In this document: positions 58,420 through 64,000 of the stretch, in pieces | How positions within the stretch are numbered: position 1 is the stretch's first letter | Layout: every line of letters starts with the position of its first letter | DNA from: Flavobacteriales bacterium | Lineage (GTDB): Bacteria; Bacteroidota; Bacteroidia; Flavobacteriales_F; PHOS-HE28 | DNA length: 64,000 bases | Reading direction: 5' to 3' | Assembly (NCBI GenBank): GCA_016717305.1 | Contig: JADKFY010000010.1 | Coordinates: forward strand, 28,279-92,278 | The notes under the pieces: model-generated | Told to the model about the DNA's origin: nothing | Databases searched by the model: none | Seen by the model: only the letters and a program-made list of their open reading frames with translations | Position numbers and translations under genes: made by a program

Positions 58420-58869
58420 AGTTGCTTTTGGAAGGTCGGCAAAAGTAGATGGTACACCTCTGATCGATCCCAAAACCTGATGAACGGTAGAAGTAGCCCG
58501 GAGTGTGGTTTGACTTTAGGGTACCTCGAAGTACCTCACTCCGGCGGCATCGGCCCACAGGCCGACCCTTCGGGCAGGCACTTCTCGTTCGGTCATCCGG
58601 CGTTGCTTCTCAGTCAGTTACCAATAGGTAACTTCCTTTCGTCGCGCCTTGTCTGTCCAGAACGATAAGCGCTTGTGCCATCCGTTCGAGGTACTTCGAG
58701 TTACCCTTTGTAAGGAACAGTGTTGAACCGCGGATGTTCTCAGGAACAACGAACTCCATCAACATGTTCTGGGCATACTGTGTTTTCGGTCCGGGAGCCA
58801 AAGGAAGTGGGATCAGTACTTGTTTGTTGAACAAGAGGGATCAATACTTTCTTAGATTTGCGGCCCTTC

Positions 58870-58944
58870 AGGGTGTAGCGCAGCCCGGTAGCGCATCCCG
58901 CCTGCGGGCGGGATGGTCGCTGCGAAGTGCGGGACAAGGAGTTT
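58870..58944 (+). pseudogene. degenerate tRNA-like sequence (tRNA-Pro-related pseudo-tRNA)
   Basis: Shares gggtgtagcgcagcccggtagcgca (acceptor/D-arm) with the adjacent tRNA-Pro. The anticodon and T arms do not fold canonically. Confidence 0.3.
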
Positions 58945-59018
58945 CGGGGTGTAGCGCAGCCCGGTAGCGCACTTGCATGGGGTGCAAGGGGTCGCTGGTT
59001 CGAGTCCAGTCACCCCGA
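58945..59018 (+). tRNA. tRNA-Pro (anticodon GGG)
   Basis: Acceptor cggggtg/caccccg plus A73. D-arm gcgc-agcccggta-gcgc. Anticodon arm cttgc-atGGGgt-gcaag (U33, G37). T-arm gctgg-ttcgagt-ccagt. No encoded CCA. Confidence 0.8.
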
Positions 59019-59448
59019 CTGGTTTGAAAGCCGTCTCAACAGAGGCGGCTTTCTTCATTCTATTCAACTGTGCACGGTAGCGCATCCCGCCGTGGTGGCG
59101 GGAGGGTCGCTGGTTCGTCCCGCATACAATAGAGAAGGACTGCGGGACCAGTCACCCCGACTGGTTTGAAAGCCGTCTCAACAGAGGCGGCTTTCTTCAT
59201 TCTATTCAACTGTGGACGGTAGCGCATCCCGCCGTGGTGGCGGGAGTGTCGCTGGTTCGTCCCGCATACAGTAGACAAGGACTGCGGGACCAGTCACCCC
59301 GACTGGTTTGAAAGCCGTCCCAACAGAGGCGGCTTTCTTCATTCTATTCAACTGAGCACGGTAGCGCATCCCGCCGTGGTGGCGGGAGGGTCGCTGGTTC
59401 GTCCCGCATACAATAGAGAAGGACTGCGGGACCAGTCACACCGACTGG
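59011..59448 (+). repeat. three tandem 142-bp repeats derived from the tRNA-Pro 3' region, each with a terminator-like hairpin and an inserted palindrome
   Basis: caccccgactgg recurs at 59011, 59153, 59295 and (as cacaccgactgg) 59436. Each unit contains aaagccgtctcaacagaggcggcttt plus a T-tract, and a 5'-truncated tRNA-like segment whose T-loop carries tcccgcat-N16-gactgcggga. Units are ~97% identical. Confidence 0.75.
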
Positions 59449-59614
59449 AAAGAAAAGGAGGCCGTTCGGCCAAAGCTCCAAACCATGATCCAACGGATGT
59501 AATTGAACAGGTTAGAAATAGGTGCATCGGATACCAATAAGTGGGTATTGTGGTCCGTTCCCGGTCACGATAGTTTTGCCCTCAACAAGGAAGCCACTAA
59601 ACCTTGGTATTGCA

Positions 59615-60115
59615 ATGAAAACCTTCGCACGTCCTTTAGCCCCAATAGCCACTGCGATCGTCCTGGGCTTCTTGGCAACACTGCCTTTCAAAGCTTGGTC
59701 ACAAACATCCGATATGGTCCTGATAAAGGGTCAGGTCATTGTATCCGACCAAGTGACCACAGCGGTTGACCTTACTCTGGATGTAGGTGTTTACTCTTGT
59801 GATAAGGTCCTCCTCTTTGGCCGTGGTAAGTTCGAGATCCATGCAAAGGATGGCGAACGGTACGAATTGCGTTTCGAGCAAGTGGGTAGTGTTTCGAAAA
59901 CAGTAATGATCGACACCAAGGATGTGAAGAAGAAGGTAGGAGACAAGAAGCACGTGGTGGAATTCGATGTGGTCCTGGCTCCCATGGATACCGTACAGCC
60001 CTTGCACTATGCACAACCCGTTGGAAAGATCAATTTCCATAAGAGCAACGGTCGATTGTTGGTGGAGCACAACCGCCAAATGGTTGCTACCGACCCTGCA
60101 CTACAGCAGAAATGA
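59615..60115 (+). CDS. hypothetical secreted protein
   Basis: ATG at 59615 gives MKTFARPLAPIATAIVLGFLATLPFKAWSQ. Beta-rich, Lys-rich. No recognisable motif. Confidence 0.45.
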   Translation: MKTFARPLAPIATAIVLGFLATLPFKAWSQTSDMVLIKGQVIVSDQVTTAVDLTLDVGVYSCDKVLLFGRGKFEIHAKDGERYELRFEQVGSVSKTVMIDTKDVKKKVGDKKHVVEFDVVLAPMDTVQPLHYAQPVGKINFHKSNGRLLVEHNRQMVATDPALQQK

Positions 60116-60208
60116 TCACTTCGCTCCGGCCCCGCATTTTGTATCGCCGTTGAGTTCAGGCGGTAGTTCGGCAGGTGGTGTACTTTTGCCCACCTTAATC
60201 AACGCGCC

Positions 60209-62110
60209 ATGGCATTTCTCTCCCCTATGGGTCGCATAGGTGCTCTTGTACTTCTCACCGCATGCGGCACTGAAGCGACAGATCCGGACAACACGATCGA
60301 GAGCGTCCTGGATACAACCAAATACGTAATGGACACGCACAGCAATGCCCTTCCCAATGAGGCGGTGATCACGCACATGGACCTCGACATCACTGTCGAC
60401 ATGTTGGCTCAACAGATCCATGGTACCGCTGCATTCGATATTCAGGCCACGACAAAACAGATCGTTCTGGATACGGATGGATTGACCATTATTTCCGTGA
60501 CGGATAGCACTGGGAACGCTCTGGTCCATTCCCTCGGCGACAGTACGTTATTGGGTCGTGCGCTTAAAGTTGATCTCCCAATAGGCATCGAACGGATCAA
60601 GGTCGAATACAGCACGGGCAAGAATGCGAAGGCATTGCAATGGTTGGTACCCCAGCAGACCATGGATAAGGAACATCCCTTCCTATTCACCCAAGGTCAA
60701 GCGATCCTAACGCGTAGCTGGATCCCGGTCCAGGACAGTCCAGGGATCAGGTTCACGTATTCAGCTAAGGTCAAGGTGCCAACGGAGTTGATGGCGGTGA
60801 TGAGTGCTTCCAATCCTCAGAAGCGGTCGAATGATGGGGTCTATACCTTCCAAATGGAAGAGCCGATCCCAGCTTACCTGATCGCTTTGGCGGTTGGTGA
60901 TCTGGCGTTCAAGTCCATCGATGATCGTACTGGTGTATATGCCGAACGGGGTGTTGTGGACAAGGCCGCGTGGGAGTTTGCCGATACAGGAAAGATGCTT
61001 GCCGCGGCTGAAGCGCTCTATGGACCTTACCGTTGGGGACGATATGATGTCATTGTTCTGCCGCCGAGCTTTCCGTTCGGTGGTATGGAAAATCCACGGC
61101 TCACATTCGCCACGCCCACCATTCTTGCCGGCGATAGGTCGCTCACGAGCTTGGTGGCACACGAACTTGCCCACAGTTGGAGCGGCAACTTGGTGACCAA
61201 TGCCACGTGGAACGACTTCTGGCTGAACGAGGGTTTCACGGTCTACTTTGAAGGGAGGATCAGCGAAGCGTTGTATGGAAAAGAGTACGCCGGCATGTTG
61301 CAACAGTTGGGTCGTGATGACCTGAACGCCACATTGAAGCAGATCGCGGAGAGCAAACACCCTGAGGACAGCAAATTGCGATTGGACCTGGAAGGAAGGG
61401 ATCCCGATGACGGGATGACAGACATCGCCTACGAGAAAGGTGCTGCATTCCTTCGCTTACTGGAGTCGAAGGTCGGGCGCAAGAAATTCGATGCGTTCGT
61501 TCGCGATTACTTCGACCGTTTCGCATTCCAGAGCATGACCACGGACATGTTCCTGGTTTATTTGGACAAGGAACTGTTGGCTCCCAATAACGTGAAGCTG
61601 AATATCAATGCATGGGTGGATGGTGTTGGCCTTCCTCCGGATGCACCTGTTCCGGTAAGTGATCTGTTCGCGAAAGTGGACGCACAACGGACAGCATGGG
61701 TGGCGGGCAAGCCGGCGAAAGAACTGCAAACCAAGAACTGGAGCGCATTCGAATGGATGCATTTCCTTCGGCACCTTCCTAAGGAAATGAGCCCACAACA
61801 AATGAACGAGTTGGACAAGTCCTTCAGTTTCACAAGAAGCGGCAATGCAGAGATCCTAAGTGCGTGGTTGGAGCAATGCATCCGTAACAACCATAGTGAG
61901 GGCTATGTGCGATTGGATCAATTCCTCAATACTGTTGGTCGGAGAAAATTTTTGGTCCCCCTTTACACTGCTCTCAAGGGAACGGACAAAGGGAAGATCC
62001 TGGCGCAAGCGATCTATTTGGAAGCGCGCCCCAATTACCATTCAGTTTCAGTACATACGATCGATGAGCTTTTGGACTGGAAGAACGATCAACCTCCCGT
62101 GAACTTCTGA
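60209..62110 (+). CDS. M1-family zinc aminopeptidase (aminopeptidase N / LTA4-hydrolase-like) lipoprotein
   Basis: Lipoprotein signal MAFLSPMGRIGALVLLTACG. GAMEN-like GGMENP. HELAHSWSGNLVTNATWNDFWLNEGFTVY (HEXXH-X18-E). Confidence 0.85.
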   Translation: MAFLSPMGRIGALVLLTACGTEATDPDNTIESVLDTTKYVMDTHSNALPNEAVITHMDLDITVDMLAQQIHGTAAFDIQATTKQIVLDTDGLTIISVTDSTGNALVHSLGDSTLLGRALKVDLPIGIERIKVEYSTGKNAKALQWLVPQQTMDKEHPFLFTQGQAILTRSWIPVQDSPGIRFTYSAKVKVPTELMAVMSASNPQKRSNDGVYTFQMEEPIPAYLIALAVGDLAFKSIDDRTGVYAERGVVDKAAWEFADTGKMLAAAEALYGPYRWGRYDVIVLPPSFPFGGMENPRLTFATPTILAGDRSLTSLVAHELAHSWSGNLVTNATWNDFWLNEGFTVYFEGRISEALYGKEYAGMLQQLGRDDLNATLKQIAESKHPEDSKLRLDLEGRDPDDGMTDIAYEKGAAFLRLLESKVGRKKFDAFVRDYFDRFAFQSMTTDMFLVYLDKELLAPNNVKLNINAWVDGVGLPPDAPVPVSDLFAKVDAQRTAWVAGKPAKELQTKNWSAFEWMHFLRHLPKEMSPQQMNELDKSFSFTRSGNAEILSAWLEQCIRNNHSEGYVRLDQFLNTVGRRKFLVPLYTALKGTDKGKILAQAIYLEARPNYHSVSVHTIDELLDWKNDQPPVNF

Positions 62111-62130
62111 TCCGTGAACGCGTTCAATTG

Positions 62131-62159
62131 AAAAAGCCTCTTGATCAGAGGCTTTTTCA
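62131..62159. terminator. bidirectional rho-independent terminator between convergent genes
   Basis: aaaaagcctct-tgatc-agaggcttttt, a perfect 11-bp stem flanked by A/T tracts on both sides. Confidence 0.65.
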
Positions 62160-62179
62160 ATTGGGATAAGATGTGTAGA

Positions 62180-62998
62180 TCAGTGCGCGATAACGATGCG
62201 TTGCATATCCATGATGTTCGCACCTGCATTCAATTGCAAAACGTATTGACCGTCGCTCAAGGAAGTCAGGTCGAGGGGCCGAACGCTATTTCCAAAAGAT
62301 CCGCTTAGCAACTCCGTGTGCACTGTTTGGCCCAGTGTGTTAAGGACACGCACGGTCAATTTTGCATTACTGCGTGAAGCGATCTTCAAGTTGAATGTTC
62401 CGTTGCTAGGGACGGGATAGATCTCATCGAACCGGACTTGATCCTGCTCATCGATCCCAACGGCACATGACTGTACATTGATGCCACTGTTCGCGGGAAA
62501 AGCGTTCACGAAAGTGTTCATACTGCTGATCGGATAGATATCACGGTTCAACATGATCTTGGCCGGTGAAATAAGTGCGAAGGTTGGGAATGCCGAAACG
62601 CCAAATGTGTTGGTCAGCGCATCACCATCAACTTGTCCGACCACGGGTGGGTGAGCATATCCCGGTGCAAAATCTTCTGAGAAGGCTTCGGATCGGGCAT
62701 CGGTATCCGTTCCATTGTTGACCTCAATACAGATCAGGTTTCCGCCATTACAGCCATAGGTCTCATACAGTTCACTGTAGTAAGGGGCATTCGCTTGGCA
62801 AGGCGGACAATCATAGAAGAAGAAGTCGAGCAACACGTACTTGCCGGCCGCAGCATAAGCGTTCAGGTTGTGGACCTGGCCATGGGTATCGGTCACGGTG
62901 AAGTCCGCAACCGTGGATCCATTCGCGTAGTTGTCCGTTTGCGCGGTCAACATCAATGGCGCCGTAGCGATAAAAGACAGGAGTAGTGCTTTTGTCAT
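62180..62998 (-). CDS. thioredoxin-fold (TlpA/redoxin-like) protein with T9SS C-terminal sorting domain
   Basis: ATG at 62998 gives MTKALLLSFIATAPLMLTAQ. YVLLDFFFYDCPPCQ (CxxC). C-terminal Por_Secre_tail (...IYPVPSNGTFNLKIA...VRVLNTLGQTV...LSDGQYVLQLNAG...IVIAH). Confidence 0.65.
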   Translation of the reverse strand: MTKALLLSFIATAPLMLTAQTDNYANGSTVADFTVTDTHGQVHNLNAYAAAGKYVLLDFFFYDCPPCQANAPYYSELYETYGCNGGNLICIEVNNGTDTDARSEAFSEDFAPGYAHPPVVGQVDGDALTNTFGVSAFPTFALISPAKIMLNRDIYPISSMNTFVNAFPANSGINVQSCAVGIDEQDQVRFDEIYPVPSNGTFNLKIASRSNAKLTVRVLNTLGQTVHTELLSGSFGNSVRPLDLTSLSDGQYVLQLNAGANIMDMQRIVIAH

Positions 62999-63088
62999 GA
63001 TCAGTTGTTGTTTGTTGGTTCGAAAGTATGTTCCCGCTTCTGGGTTGCAGAACAGAACCATCCGTATTCCATGTATCCCACCATCCGA

Positions 63089-63727
63089 TCAGGGGTTAAG
63101 ACAGCGAGCCAGGGTCACTGGTTCCAGGTCGTGGCCACCTTCGTACTTCACCACCGTGGCTCTTACACCAGCGGCTTTCAATGTCTGTAATGAAAGGTCG
63201 GTTACTGTTGCTGGAACAAGCTTGTCGTCTGTTCCGTGAACGAGCTGGACATGCATTCCGGTGAATCGTTCCATGATCCTTGCTCGGTCCATATCCGGTG
63301 GAAGCTGTCCACCCCAAAGCACGACATTGTCCACTTTCGTATTTCCCCGCATGAGCCATCTACATGCGGTGGCGACGCCTTGTGAGAAACCAAGTACCCC
63401 CCAGGTTGCATCCGGCAACGCCTCTTTTTGGATCTCGGCGACGAGGGTGTCGAGGTACTCCACGTGGTCCACGATCTCATGGTCACGATCCTCCCGTGTC
63501 ATCCAAGTTGCGCCCACACGTTGATGGGAAACATCGGTGTAGAAACGGGAAAGACCTTCTGGGGCCACGATCAGGAGATCGGTCCCAAGCCCTTCGAATT
63601 TATTGAGGAAATACCGCGCAAGTTGGCCGTAACCATGTAAGACGATCCAGATCCGTTTCGCCTTCTGCGCATCTCCCAACACATGGTATCGAGCTGTTCG
63701 GGTTACGCGGATGAAGCGCTGTTCCAT
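63089..63727 (-). CDS. alpha/beta-hydrolase fold esterase (phospholipase/carboxylesterase family)
   Basis: ATG at 63727-63725 (MEQRFIRV...). HGYGQ oxyanion region, nucleophile elbow GFSQG, C-terminal His region (GGHD). Confidence 0.7.
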   Translation of the reverse strand: MEQRFIRVTRTARYHVLGDAQKAKRIWIVLHGYGQLARYFLNKFEGLGTDLLIVAPEGLSRFYTDVSHQRVGATWMTREDRDHEIVDHVEYLDTLVAEIQKEALPDATWGVLGFSQGVATACRWLMRGNTKVDNVVLWGGQLPPDMDRARIMERFTGMHVQLVHGTDDKLVPATVTDLSLQTLKAAGVRATVVKYEGGHDLEPVTLARCLNP

Positions 63728-63729
63728 GC

Positions 63730-64000
63730 TCAAAAAGTGAGCAATTCTTCTAGCACTGTCGCAACCTTTTCAGCGTTCGGGATCATTGCCGCCTCCAAGG
63801 TGCTGTTCAACGGGACCGCTGGCATATCAACGGAGCCATACGTGCGCACAGGCGCATCCAGTTGTTTGAAGCACACATCACTTATCCGGCCGGCCAGTGC
63901 TTGTGCGAAGGAGTTTGTCAATTGCTCTTCCGTAAGCACAAGACATCTACCGTGCTTGTTCACGGCGTTCATCACTGTTTCCTCATCCAAGGGCACCAGT
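63730..64000 (-). CDS. 2-oxoacid dehydrogenase E1 beta / transketolase C-terminal-domain protein (3' end only; gene runs off the window)
   Basis: C-terminal sequence ...GRISDVCFKQLDAPVRTYGSVDMPAVPLNSTLEAAMIPNAEKVATVLEELL is typical of PDH-E1-beta / transketolase_C termini. The reading frame stays open to the window edge. Confidence 0.55.
   Translation of the reverse strand, partial: LVPLDEETVMNAVNKHGRCLVLTEEQLTNSFAQALAGRISDVCFKQLDAPVRTYGSVDMPAVPLNSTLEAAMIPNAEKVATVLEELLTF

Noticed and set aside
58610-58834. 74-aa minus-strand ORF between the TonB receptor and the tRNA cluster
   Set aside because: No signal, no motif, and it sits in a divergent promoter region. Weak coding character. Cannot be supported.
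59011-59448. Possible CRISPR array next to tRNA-Pro
   Set aside because: The 142-bp units are near-identical throughout, with no unique spacers. The repeat length and tRNA-derived content do not fit a CRISPR repeat-spacer architecture, and there are no cas genes nearby.

Overview
This 64-kb window reads as chromosomal DNA from a Bacteroidota-type genome (roughly 55-60% GC). Three lines of evidence support that call: (1) at least nine proteins end in type IX secretion system (T9SS) C-terminal sorting domains; (2) there is a 291-aa RpoD-like primary sigma factor and a DUF4249 + TonB-dependent receptor pair; (3) several genes appear leaderless or use TTG/GTG starts.

Conserved housekeeping genes present: guaB, three SurA/parvulin peptidyl-prolyl isomerases, a MoxR ATPase, long-form GAPDH, rpoD, htrA, dapF, mltG, phosphoglucomutase, a NUDIX hydrolase, an Smr-domain protein, RNase P RNA, trxB, tRNA-Pro, an M1 aminopeptidase and asnB.

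Accessory and surface-protein genes:
- a 10-kb co-directional, translationally coupled cluster (2104-12160) carrying two CotH-family atypical kinases around a Wzy_C/O-antigen-ligase-like membrane protein, followed by a metallophosphoesterase, an NAD-dependent sugar epimerase/dehydratase and an AsnB-type amidotransferase. This is the most unusual system in the window;
- a bacterial lysyl-oxidase-like secreted protein with a broken 3' region;
- a ~1870-aa T9SS adhesin split by a frameshift, carrying near-perfect 270-bp higher-order tandem repeats;
- a 1397-aa FG-GAP-repeat T9SS protein.

Non-coding features: RNase P RNA (rnpB); a ~185-nt element closed by an 18-bp inverted repeat, which is either a structured ncRNA or a MITE (miniature inverted-repeat transposable element); tRNA-Pro(GGG) followed by three 142-bp tandem repeats derived from tRNA sequence; a small dispersed palindrome family (TCCCGCA...TGCGGGA) duplicated in the trxB promoter region; and an 830-bp gene-free gap between convergent genes.

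All calls rest on reading motifs in the supplied translations and sequence. No database search was run.
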